64,000 nt of DNA. Origin: an uncultured Eubacteriales bacterium (GTDB lineage Bacteria; Bacillota; Clostridia; Oscillospirales; CAG-382). Positions 16,517-25,088 of this stretch are shown here, piece after piece. The DNA lies in the NCBI GenBank assembly GCA_934502885.1, contig CAKSUT010000007.1, positions 2,951 to 66,950 on the forward strand. Reading direction: 5' to 3'. Position 1 is the first letter of the stretch. Each line of letters begins with the position of its first letter. The position numbers were made by a program, and so were the translations under genes. The notes beneath the pieces are model-generated. The model was not told where the DNA came from and searched no databases. It saw only the letters and a program-made list of their open reading frames with translations.

Positions 16517-19033
16517 ATGGCAGGGCATTATAAGGTAACGGGAATGAGCTGTGCGGCGTGCAGTGCGAGAGTCGAAAAGGCGGTGTCCGCACTTGAAGGT
16601 GCGGACGAGGTGGCGGTAAATCTTCTCACCGGCACCATGACCGTCGGCGGCAGTGTGTCGAGCGACGCGGTTATAGCCGCCGTCGTAAAAGCAGGCTACG
16701 GAGCAAGCCTCGAGGGTAAAGCGGCTTCGTCAAAGAGTGCCGACAACGACGCCTTCCGCGACACGGAAACACCGAAGCTGAAAAAGCGGCTTGCGTGGTC
16801 GATAGGCTTCCTTGCGGCACTTATGTATTTCTCGATGGGGCATTCGATGTGGGGCCTCCCCGTACCGAAGTTTTTCGACGGCAACTGCACCGCTCAAGGA
16901 CTTTTACAGCTTCTTTTGACGGTAGCCGTCATGATAATAAACGGCAGGTTCTTCACGAGCGGCTTTACGGCACTTCTGCGCCGTTCGCCGAATATGGACT
17001 CCCTCGTTGCCCTCGGTTCGGGCGCGGCGTTTGTCTACAGCACATACAACCTCTTTCTAATGACCGCCGCGGACGAAATAACCGCAATGCATCTCATGCA
17101 CGGCCTTTACTACGAATCGGCGGCAATGATACTTGCACTCATAACGGTCGGAAAAACGCTTGAAGCGTACTCCAAGGGCAGAACTACCGACGCACTTAAA
17201 AGTCTTGCGGATCTTGCACCGAAAACGGCAACTCTCATTCGCGACGGAAAGGAGGTCACCGTCCCTGCCGACAGTATCGCCAAGGGCGACACCTTCATCG
17301 TGCGTCCGGGTGAGAAGATACCTGCCGACGGTGTGGTAAAAGAGGGTGAAAGCGCAGTCAACGAATCGGCTCTCACCGGCGAGAGCATTCCTGCGGACAA
17401 GGCGGTCGGCGACAATGTGAGTGCGGCGACGGTGAACACCTCGGGAGTGCTTGTCTGCGAAGCGACACGTGTCGGCGAAGACACTACTCTTTCTCAGATA
17501 ATCCGCACGGTAAGCGACGCCGCGGCGTCGAAAGCACCGATAGCAAAGCTTGCCGACCGTGTATCGGGCGTATTCGTGCCGATAGTTATAGGTATATCGC
17601 TTGTCACCATGGCGGTATGGCTTCTCTGCGGCAAGGACGCCGGATTTGTGCTTGCAAGGGGCATTTCTGTACTCGTTATCAGCTGTCCTTGTGCGCTGGG
17701 ACTTGCAACGCCGGTCGCCATAATGGTGGGAAGCGGAGTAGGTGCTAAAAACGGCGTGCTTTTCAAAAGCGCGGCGATTCTCGAGAGAGCGGGACACGTA
17801 AAAACCGTCGTTCTCGACAAAACCGGCACCGTCACGAGCGGCGAGCCGACCGTTACCGACATAATTCCCTGCGACGGCATCGGCGAAGACGAGCTTCTGG
17901 CTCTTGCGGCATCCCTTGAAAAAAACAGCGAGCACCCTCTCGCAAAGGCAGTGCTTGCCGAGAGCGAACGCAGGGGTCTTTCGTTATCTGCCGATATCTC
18001 GGACTTTAAGGTGCTTCCCGGGAGCGGTCTTTCGGCAAAGGTAGGGAAAAGTGAGCTGTACGGCGGAAACATGAAGTCGGCAGGCGAGCTTGCAAAGGTT
18101 TCCGAAGATCTCAAAGCCGAAGCCGAAAAGCTTTCCTCTGACGGAAAAACGCCGCTGTTCTTCGTAAGAGACGGCAATGTAATCGGTATAATCGCAGTTG
18201 CCGACAGCATTAAGCACGACAGCCGTGCGGCGGTAAGCGAGCTTCACGGAATGGGAATAGACGTCGTCATGCTCACGGGCGACAACGAACGCACCGCGGC
18301 GGCGGTTGCAAAAAAGGTCGGTATCACCCCCGACAAGGTTATTGCAGGAGTTCTGCCGACGGGAAAATCGAGCGCAGTCGAGTCGCTTAAGAAGAACGGC
18401 AGTGTCGCAATGGTCGGAGACGGAATAAACGACGCACCGGCTCTCACAAGCGCGGATGTCGGAATTGCGGTAGGCGCCGGAACCGACGTTGCCATAGACG
18501 CGGCGGACATCGTACTCATGAAAAACAGCCTTTCAGACGTCGCACCGGCAATAAGATTGAGCCGTGCCGTACTTCGCAACATAAAGGAAAATCTCTTCTG
18601 GGCATTCATTTACAACGTAATCGGCATACCGCTTGCGGCAGGTGTGTTTATACCTATATGGGGACTTGAACTCAATCCGATGTTCGGTGCGGCGGCAATG
18701 AGCCTTTCGAGCTTCTGCGTCGTGACAAACGCACTGAGACTCAATCTGTTTAAGTTTTCCAAGGGAAAAACCTCACACCCGGGCGGCAATACCGCAGACA
18801 ATACACCAAAGGAAACGAAAGGAGAAAGAAACATGGTAAAGGAATTTAAGGTCAAAGGCATGATGTGTTCGCACTGCGAGGCGACGGTAAAGAAAGCACT
18901 CGAGGAGCTTGACGGCGTAAAGAGCGCAACCGCCGACCACACAGCCGAAAAGGTAACGGTCGAGCTTACGGGCGACGTTCCGGACAAAAGGATAATCGGA
19001 GTAATAACCGAAAAGGGTTACAAGGTTATATAA
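16517..19033 (+). CDS. copA: copper-translocating P1B-type ATPase with N- and C-terminal HMA domains
   Basis: [15 protein letters not shown] at the N-terminus; TGES, CPC ([11 protein letters not shown]), [14 protein letters not shown] second HMA ([15 protein letters not shown]) sits at the extreme C-terminus. Confidence 0.93.
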   Translation: MAGHYKVTGMSCAACSARVEKAVSALEGADEVAVNLLTGTMTVGGSVSSDAVIAAVVKAGYGASLEGKAASSKSADNDAFRDTETPKLKKRLAWSIGFLAALMYFSMGHSMWGLPVPKFFDGNCTAQGLLQLLLTVAVMIINGRFFTSGFTALLRRSPNMDSLVALGSGAAFVYSTYNLFLMTAADEITAMHLMHGLYYESAAMILALITVGKTLEAYSKGRTTDALKSLADLAPKTATLIRDGKEVTVPADSIAKGDTFIVRPGEKIPADGVVKEGESAVNESALTGESIPADKAVGDNVSAATVNTSGVLVCEATRVGEDTTLSQIIRTVSDAAASKAPIAKLADRVSGVFVPIVIGISLVTMAVWLLCGKDAGFVLARGISVLVISCPCALGLATPVAIMVGSGVGAKNGVLFKSAAILERAGHVKTVVLDKTGTVTSGEPTVTDIIPCDGIGEDELLALAASLEKNSEHPLAKAVLAESERRGLSLSADISDFKVLPGSGLSAKVGKSELYGGNMKSAGELAKVSEDLKAEAEKLSSDGKTPLFFVRDGNVIGIIAVADSIKHDSRAAVSELHGMGIDVVMLTGDNERTAAAVAKKVGITPDKVIAGVLPTGKSSAVESLKKNGSVAMVGDGINDAPALTSADVGIAVGAGTDVAIDAADIVLMKNSLSDVAPAIRLSRAVLRNIKENLFWAFIYNVIGIPLAAGVFIPIWGLELNPMFGAAAMSLSSFCVVTNALRLNLFKFSKGKTSHPGGNTADNTPKETKGERNMVKEFKVKGMMCSHCEATVKKALEELDGVKSATADHTAEKVTVELTGDVPDKRIIGVITEKGYKVI

Positions 19034-19049
19034 GCGAACCGTAAAACGA

Positions 19050-19085
19050 AAAGCCGGCGGATACAAAGTCTGTCGGCTCTTTTTA
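19050..19085. terminator. rho-independent terminator between copA and the convergent DeoR gene
   Basis: AAGCCGGCGGA / TCTGTCGGCTC hairpin (with G-U pairs), then TTTTTATT. Confidence 0.7.
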
Positions 19086-19092
19086 TTCTGCG

Positions 19093-19854
19093 TCAAAGTT
19101 TTTTCAGGCGGTCAAATCTCCCAAAGCCCTCCGCTTTTTCTTCGCACACGAGGTAATCGACGTCGCCGAGCGTACACTGTTTATACGCCGCAGATGCGCC
19201 TATCTTTTCAAGGTCGCACAGGAATACCCTCTCCCGTGCGTTGCGAAGCATTGCGTTTCTGACGAAAATCTCCTCTCTTGCGCAGTCACTGACAACTCCG
19301 TCCTCCGAGAGTGCTTTCGTCGAGAAAAACAGTCTGTCGGCGCATATTCCTTCAAAGGTCGCCTGAGCGTCGTTCCCGACAAGGCAGGTTCTGTTTTCAC
19401 GGCAAAGCGTGCCTCCGGAAGAAATGACATTTACACTGCTCTCCGACAGAAGCCCTATTATCTCGATGTTGTTCGTTGCGACGGTAATGCGGCATTTATG
19501 CGCCGAAACAATTTCGCGCGCAAGGTAAAATGCGCTTGACGACTGATCGAGAAATATAACTTCTCCGTCTTTTATAAGCTTTGCCGCTTTCTTTGCAATC
19601 GCCTGTTTCTGACCGGAGTTGTGACCTCGCCGAACGTTGAAATCGCTTGCGAGTGAGAATACATTTACAAGCTCCGCACCTCCGTAGACTCGGTTCACTA
19701 TCCCCTTTTCCTCAAGCCGTGTGAGGTCACGTCTTATACTCGACTCACTCGCGTACATCTCGGCGCAGAGCGCCTTTACCTCCGCATAGCCGTCGTGAGA
19801 GCGGAGTATATTCACTATCTCCTTTTCGCGTTCCTTTTTTAACACAGCATCCAC
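19093..19854 (-). CDS. DeoR/GlpR family transcriptional regulator
   Basis: HTH ..VKALCAEMYASESSIRRDLTRLEEKGIVNRVYGGA plus a C-terminal sugar-phosphate-binding DeoR-C domain. GTG start with a weak SD, so the start is uncertain. Confidence 0.85.
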   Translation of the reverse strand: MDAVLKKEREKEIVNILRSHDGYAEVKALCAEMYASESSIRRDLTRLEEKGIVNRVYGGAELVNVFSLASDFNVRRGHNSGQKQAIAKKAAKLIKDGEVIFLDQSSSAFYLAREIVSAHKCRITVATNNIEIIGLLSESSVNVISSGGTLCRENRTCLVGNDAQATFEGICADRLFFSTKALSEDGVVSDCAREEIFVRNAMLRNARERVFLCDLEKIGASAAYKQCTLGDVDYLVCEEKAEGFGRFDRLKKL

Positions 19855-19861
19855 CCCATAC

Positions 19862-19879
19862 TCTGACCGTTTCTGACCG
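19862..19879. repeat. tandem 8-bp direct repeat TCTGACCG at 10-bp spacing
   Basis: 19862-19869 and 19872-19879, immediately upstream of the DeoR start in the divergent intergenic region. Confidence 0.55.
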
Positions 19880-19934
19880 ATTCGGCATTATTTTGTGTAA
19901 AGTCTCCGTGTTTTTGCCCGTTTTGCGTAAATTG

Positions 19935-19963
19935 TTGACTTTCTTTGTCGGGTATATTATAAT
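19935..19963 (+). promoter_or_regulatory. sigma-A promoter of the G1P-dehydrogenase/HAD operon
   Basis: TTGACT (19935-19940), 17 nt, TATAAT (19958-19963). Confidence 0.6.
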
Positions 19964-20011
19964 ATATTCATATGAAATTGTCAATAGCGACAGTGTGAAA
20001 AGGGTGATAAA

Positions 20012-21289
20012 ATGTTTACGGAAATAAACGAATTGCTGAAAGGTATAAAATGCGCAAGCTGCGGAAAAAAACACTCCTGCGCTATAGAAAAGGTTTACGT
20101 CGAACACGGTGCGGCAAGACGTTTCACAGAGCTTTGCCGTGAATACGACAGCATACTCATCGTCGCCGACGAAAACACCTACCGTGCCGCAGGCGAAAGA
20201 ACGGTCGCGGCGCTTTCCGGAAAGAATCTTGAGAAAGTCGTATTCGACGGCTCGCACATACTCATTCCAAACGAGGACGCCATAGCCGCGGTCGAAGAAA
20301 AGACCGGCGGCAAAGACCTCATACTCGGCATAGGTTCGGGCGTTATTCAGGATTTGTGCAAGTACGTTTCGCACGACACGGGTATACCGTATATGGTTTG
20401 TGCAACCGCTCCCTCAATGGACGGCTATGCGTCAAGCGGCGCGGCGATGATACTTAAGGGCATGAAAGAAACCGTGAGCGCAGGTGTACCGATGGCGATA
20501 GTTGCCGACACCGAGGTTTTGAAGAACGCTCCGTCCGAAATGATAAAGGCAGGCTACGGAGACATTGTCGGCAAGTATTCGGCGCTCAACGACTGGAAGC
20601 TGAGCCGCACGGTAAACGGAGAGTACTTCTGTGAGTACATATATGACCTCACACTCAAGACCGTAAAAGAAACTCTCCGTCTTGCCGACGGAATTGCCGG
20701 CGGCGACGAAGAAAGCGTAGGCACACTCACAAAAGCACTTATCGTCGCGGGAATACTCATGAGCTTTGCCGGTTCGTCACGCCCGGCGTCGGGAAGCGAA
20801 CACCATCTCTCTCACTTTTTCGAGATAACGGGCATTTTGGACGGCGCGGAGTATTTTCCGCACGGCATCAACGTTGCATATTCGACTGTCATAACCGCAC
20901 GTCTTCGCGAACGGATATTGAAAAAACACTTTCCGCAAAAGCTTTACAGGCAGCCCAAGGACGAGTACACGTCGGCGATGACGGAAATATACAAGAGCAT
21001 AGCTCCGAGGTGCGAGGCACTTCAGGAAAAGGTCGGAAACTATGCGGCGGACAGGACTTCGATTTATCTCGAAAAGGAGTCGGAGATAAGAAGTATTCTC
21101 GCCGAAATGCCGACAGGTGAAGAAACAGAGAAAATGATAAATGCGGTAGGACTTGACATGAGTGAATTTTTTGCGCTGTACGGCGAGGAAAGAATAAGAA
21201 CTGCGGTAAAATACGCAAAGGATCTCAAGGACAGATACACGGTTCTTTGGCTCAACTACGATATGTTCGGAGGGGCTTGCGATGAATAA
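20012..21289 (+). CDS. sn-glycerol-1-phosphate dehydrogenase-like (AraM/EgsA-type) iron-containing alcohol dehydrogenase family protein
   Basis: GIGSGVIQDLCKYVS nucleotide loop, APSMDGYASSGAAM, and GSEHHLSHFFE metal-ligand motif as in AraM-type enzymes (from memory); 425 aa. Confidence 0.7.
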   Translation: MFTEINELLKGIKCASCGKKHSCAIEKVYVEHGAARRFTELCREYDSILIVADENTYRAAGERTVAALSGKNLEKVVFDGSHILIPNEDAIAAVEEKTGGKDLILGIGSGVIQDLCKYVSHDTGIPYMVCATAPSMDGYASSGAAMILKGMKETVSAGVPMAIVADTEVLKNAPSEMIKAGYGDIVGKYSALNDWKLSRTVNGEYFCEYIYDLTLKTVKETLRLADGIAGGDEESVGTLTKALIVAGILMSFAGSSRPASGSEHHLSHFFEITGILDGAEYFPHGINVAYSTVITARLRERILKKHFPQKLYRQPKDEYTSAMTEIYKSIAPRCEALQEKVGNYAADRTSIYLEKESEIRSILAEMPTGEETEKMINAVGLDMSEFFALYGEERIRTAVKYAKDLKDRYTVLWLNYDMFGGACDE

Positions 21290-21998
21290 AACAAAGCTTA
21301 TAGCGATGGATCTCGACGGCACTCTCACTCAGCACAAAACGCCGCTGACACCGGAAAACAGAGCCGCACTCACCGCTCTTTCCGAAAGGTACAAGCTCAT
21401 TATAATGGGTGCAGGGCAGGTAATGCGAATTTACAATCAGCTTGAGTGCTTCCCTCTCGACATTGTCGGCAACTACGGCTTGCAGTACGGAAAATACCGT
21501 GACGGCGGCATTGAAATCGTGCGTGATCTCTCGTTTGGGTGTGACAGGGAAGGCGTTGAGAGGAAGATTGACTTTCTGAGGAAGGAGCACGGCTTCACTG
21601 AATTTCGGGGCGACAGCGTCGAGTATCACCCATCCGGCTGTGTGACTTTCCCCATTCTCGGCACAAAGGCACTTCAGTCCGACAAGCTTGCATTTGACCC
21701 CGACCGCACCAAGCGCAGAGCGTTTTACGGGGAAGTCTGCGAAATGTTCCCGGACTACTCGGTTTTCGTCGGCGGTTCGTCGAGCTTTGACATGGCACCG
21801 AAGCCCTACGACAAATACTACGCTCTCGACCTCTACTGCCGTGAAAACGGCTATGCGCACGGTGAGGTCATATACATAGGCGACGATTACGGTCTCGGCG
21901 GAAACGATGAGTCCGTGTACAAGTCCGACATACGCTTTCTCACGACAGACGACTACACGAAGTTTCCCGAAGTTGTTTCGCCGCTTCTGAAAGATTAA
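21282..21998 (+). CDS. HAD-IIB family phosphatase
   Basis: Overlaps the upstream stop by 8 nt. GGAGGGG SD. Motif I MDLDGTLT, motif IV GDDYGLGGNDE. Confidence 0.8.
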   Translation: MNKTKLIAMDLDGTLTQHKTPLTPENRAALTALSERYKLIIMGAGQVMRIYNQLECFPLDIVGNYGLQYGKYRDGGIEIVRDLSFGCDREGVERKIDFLRKEHGFTEFRGDSVEYHPSGCVTFPILGTKALQSDKLAFDPDRTKRRAFYGEVCEMFPDYSVFVGGSSSFDMAPKPYDKYYALDLYCRENGYAHGEVIYIGDDYGLGGNDESVYKSDIRFLTTDDYTKFPEVVSPLLKD

Positions 21999-22021
21999 TT
22001 AATGCTTTATGCAAAATGGCT

Positions 22022-22054
22022 GCCGGCAATACAAAAAAGTATTGCCGGCTTTTG
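22022..22054. terminator. rho-independent terminator (perfect 11-bp stem)
   Basis: GCCGGCAATAC-AAAAAA-GTATTGCCGGC, then TTTTG. It lies between convergent genes. Confidence 0.8.
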
Positions 22055-22074
22055 TTATCGTTTTATACACAGAG

Positions 22075-22563
22075 TTACGCCCAAGGATCTTCCTCTTTCG
22101 GAACACGTATACCGGTAAGTACGCTCGAGTACTCCCACAGATACCATGCATCGCCTTTTCTGCGAAGCTTTATCGGCCTCGGAGAATCGGCACCGGCGGT
22201 TTTTAAGAACGCACGTATGTATCCCTCCTCGACATCCTGCGGACGGGGATCTGAAAGCACTTCGAGAGTTAGCGGAATATTCGGTGTGTAGCGATTATCC
22301 GGCGTTGCTCCGTCGAAATATGCAAGAGGCAGGTATTCTTTCCCACGCAGGCGGTCGTTTATGAAGCTTACATCAAAGCCGTTCATGGGCCGCGGTCCTC
22401 TCAGGCGGTTTATTGCCTCAGCACCGGCGTTTTTGTCCTTAAGCCAAAGCTTCAGCGCAAGCAAAAACATAAGGCAGGTGTTTTCCGGAATTGAAAGATC
22501 GTTCTGTGAAAGAGCAGAAAACTCTGCAATGGTCTCGGGGACTGACGTTACTGTAATTGTCAT
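22075..22563 (-). CDS. hypothetical cytoplasmic protein (162 aa)
   Basis: Start ATG 22563 (AAAGGAG SD), inside the listed 22629 ORF. Has its own promoter and terminator. No motif that I can assign. Confidence 0.6.
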   Translation of the reverse strand: MTITVTSVPETIAEFSALSQNDLSIPENTCLMFLLALKLWLKDKNAGAEAINRLRGPRPMNGFDVSFINDRLRGKEYLPLAYFDGATPDNRYTPNIPLTLEVLSDPRPQDVEEGYIRAFLKTAGADSPRPIKLRRKGDAWYLWEYSSVLTGIRVPKEEDPWA

Positions 22564-22600
22564 TTTAATTTCTCCTTTTCTCGCATCTTTTTGCACTTTT

Positions 22601-22629
22601 ATTATATCATCTTCTCTTCTGTTTTTCAA
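22601..22629 (-). promoter_or_regulatory. sigma-A promoter (extended -10) of the hypothetical gene
   Basis: Minus strand: TTGAAA (22629-22624), 17 nt, TGaTATAAT (-10 hexamer at 22606-22601). Confidence 0.6.
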
Positions 22630-22756
22630 CCCCTGTTTTCAAAAAAGTATAGGTTGACACCGATTTTTATAGTTTTTTTACATATTTACATAAAGGAGGG
22701 AAAACGGATTAAAAAAGCCTTTTTTAAAAAACTTCGAAAAATACACAAATACCCCC

Positions 22757-22785
22757 TTGACAAATGTGTGCAAGTGTGATATCAT
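22757..22785 (+). promoter_or_regulatory. sigma-A promoter (extended -10) of the thrS leader
   Basis: TTGACA (22757-22762), 17 nt, TGaTATCAT (22777-22785). Confidence 0.7.
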
Positions 22786-22791
22786 ATACGG

Positions 22792-23037
22792 TGATAAAAG
22801 GCAATGACGAAGACACGCTTCGCACGTCTTTTGCGAAAGAGAGTACGGATCACCGGCTGAAAGTCCGTATCGCAAATACTGCGCAGTACCGCTTCCGAGC
22901 TTTGCGGAGGTAACAATCCGCAGCGTTGACCTCGTTACGGTCGCATGAGTGACTTTGCAATCTATATTGTGAAGTAATTCGGGTGGAACCGCGTTTTTTG
23001 ACGTCCCGAAAGGCAGAAATGTCTTCCGGGATTTTTT
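22792..23037 (+). promoter_or_regulatory. T-box riboswitch leader, threonine (ACC) specifier
   Basis: Stem I with the AATGACGAAG kink-turn region and an AGAGAGT motif. Specifier ACC at 22888-22890, followed by GCTTCCGAGC. T-box sequence AATTCGGGTGGAACCGCG at 22976-22993. Terminator hairpin 23004-23031 plus T6. Confidence 0.85.
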
Positions 23038-23082
23038 GCTTTTTACCCAAACAGTAATTTATTTTGTGAAAGGAAAGATATT

Positions 23083-25026
23083 ATGTTCAAGATCACTCTC
23101 AAGGACGGCAGCGTTAAGGAATTCGACGCCGCTCTCAACGCTTACGACATCGCAAAGAGTATCAGCGAAGGACTTGCAAGAAACGCTCTTGCGGCAAAGA
23201 TTGACGGAAAGGTTCGCGACCTCACGACAGTCGTTGACTCCGACTGCGCCATAGAGTTTCTCACCTTTGACGACGACGAGGGCAGACGCGTATACCGTCA
23301 CACCGCCTCCCACATTCTCGCTCAGGCAGTAAAGCGTCTTTATCCCGACGTAAAGCTCACCATAGGTCCGTCCATCGAAAACGGCTTCTACTACGATTTT
23401 GACACCGATATGACCTTCACTCCCGAGATGCTCGAAAAGCTTGAGGGTGAGATGAAGAAGATAATCAAGGAAAACCTCACACTCGAAAGGTTCGTTCTTC
23501 CGAGAGACGAAGCGATAAAGTTCATGGAGGAAAAGGGCGAGCCTTACAAGGTTGAGCTTATAAACGATCTTCCCGAAGACGAAGAGGTATCTTTCTACCG
23601 TCAGGGCGATTTCGTTGACCTCTGTGCCGGCGCACATCTTTTCTCGACCGGCAAGGTAAAAGCGGTAAAGCTTCTTTCATGTACCGGCGCATATTGGAGA
23701 GGCGACTCCACAAAGAAGATGCTCAAGCGTATCTACGGCACGGCGTTCCCGAAGGCGTCCGAGCTTGAGGAATACATTGCCGCACAGGAAGAGGCAAAGA
23801 AGCGTGACCACAACAAACTCGGTCGCGAGCTTGAATATTTCACGACGGTTGAATGCGTCGGTCAGGGACTTCCGATAATGCTCCCCAAGGGCGCAAGAGT
23901 CATTCAACTTCTTCAGCGTTGGGTTGAGGACTACGAGCAGGCGCACGGCTACCTTCTCACCAAGACTCCTCTCATGGCGAAGCGTGAGCTCTACAAGATT
24001 TCCGGTCACTGGGATCACTACCTCGACGGTATGTTCGTAATAGGCGATCCGCACGACGAAACCAAGGAATGCTTCGCAATGCGTCCCATGACCTGCCCGT
24101 TCCAGTATCAGGTATTCCTCAACCGTCAGCGTTCGTACAGAGACCTCCCGATGAGACTCGGCGAGACCTCCACCCTCTTCAGAAACGAGGACAGCGGCGA
24201 AATGCACGGTCTTATCCGCGTGCGTCAGTTCACGATTTCCGAGGGTCATATAGTTCTGCGTCCCGAACAGCTTGAAGAAGAGTTCAAGGGTTGTCTTGAG
24301 CTTATCCAGTACTTCCTCGGCACCGTCGGACTTCTCGAGGATTGCACGTTCAGATTCTCGCAGTGGGATCCCGCAAACCCGAAAAACAAGTACGAGGGTA
24401 CTCCCGAGCAGTGGGACGAGGCACAGTCGCTCATGGCAAAAATTCTCGACGACCTCAAGGTTGACTACTCGATAGGCATTGACGAGGCGGCGTTCTACGG
24501 ACCGAAGCTTGACGTTCAGTACAAGAACGTATACGGCAAGGAGGACACTCTCGCCACAATTCAGATAGACCTTCTTCTCGCAAAGCAGTTTGATATGGAA
24601 TACGTCGATACCGACGGTCAGAAGAAGACACCGTATATCATCCACAGAACCTCTCTCGGCTGCTTCGAGCGCACACTTGCGTACATGATAGAAAAGTATG
24701 CCGGTGCGTTCCCGACATGGCTTGCTCCGACTCAGGTAAAGCTTCTTCCGATAAACGACGCTGTTCTTGAATACGCAAACGGAATATCCGAAAAGCTCAC
24801 CGGCCTCGGCGTAAGATGCGAAGTTGATTCGAGAAACGAAAAGATCGGCTACAAGATTCGCGAGGCACAGCTTGAAAAGGTTCCGTATATGCTTGTTATC
24901 GGCGAAAAGGAAAAGGAAGCCGGTGCTGTCTCGGTACGTTCGAGAAAAGACGGAGACAGAGGTCAGATGCAGGTTGACGCATTTGTTACCGAGCTTCTCG
25001 GAGAAATCGCTTCCAAGGCAAGATAA
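23083..25026 (+). CDS. thrS: threonine--tRNA ligase
   Basis: 647 aa. TGS domain, editing domain (HTASHILAQAVKRLYP), class II core (RVRQFTISEGHI), and anticodon-binding domain. Confidence 0.95.
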   Translation: MFKITLKDGSVKEFDAALNAYDIAKSISEGLARNALAAKIDGKVRDLTTVVDSDCAIEFLTFDDDEGRRVYRHTASHILAQAVKRLYPDVKLTIGPSIENGFYYDFDTDMTFTPEMLEKLEGEMKKIIKENLTLERFVLPRDEAIKFMEEKGEPYKVELINDLPEDEEVSFYRQGDFVDLCAGAHLFSTGKVKAVKLLSCTGAYWRGDSTKKMLKRIYGTAFPKASELEEYIAAQEEAKKRDHNKLGRELEYFTTVECVGQGLPIMLPKGARVIQLLQRWVEDYEQAHGYLLTKTPLMAKRELYKISGHWDHYLDGMFVIGDPHDETKECFAMRPMTCPFQYQVFLNRQRSYRDLPMRLGETSTLFRNEDSGEMHGLIRVRQFTISEGHIVLRPEQLEEEFKGCLELIQYFLGTVGLLEDCTFRFSQWDPANPKNKYEGTPEQWDEAQSLMAKILDDLKVDYSIGIDEAAFYGPKLDVQYKNVYGKEDTLATIQIDLLLAKQFDMEYVDTDGQKKTPYIIHRTSLGCFERTLAYMIEKYAGAFPTWLAPTQVKLLPINDAVLEYANGISEKLTGLGVRCEVDSRNEKIGYKIREAQLEKVPYMLVIGEKEKEAGAVSVRSRKDGDRGQMQVDAFVTELLGEIASKAR

Positions 25027-25043
25027 CTCTTTATATAAAGATA

Positions 25044-25077
25044 ACCGAGGGGAACAAAATCCTCTCGGTCTTTTTTG
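25044..25077. terminator. rho-independent terminator between thrS and the convergent folC
   Basis: ACCGAGGGG / CCTCTCGGT, then CTTTTTTG. Confidence 0.75.
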
Positions 25078-25088
25078 TGCTCTTTTAA

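Noticed and set aside
22640-22756. A strong SD-like AAAGGAGGG plus a TTGACA hexamer in the AT-rich spacer before the thrS promoter, suggesting a small gene.
   Set aside because: No ATG, GTG or TTG lies at a usable distance from the SD (the first in-frame option is ATT). The TTGACA has no matching -10 element at 16-18 nt. The only ORF here (22591-22779) is a listed low-complexity frame without a start context.
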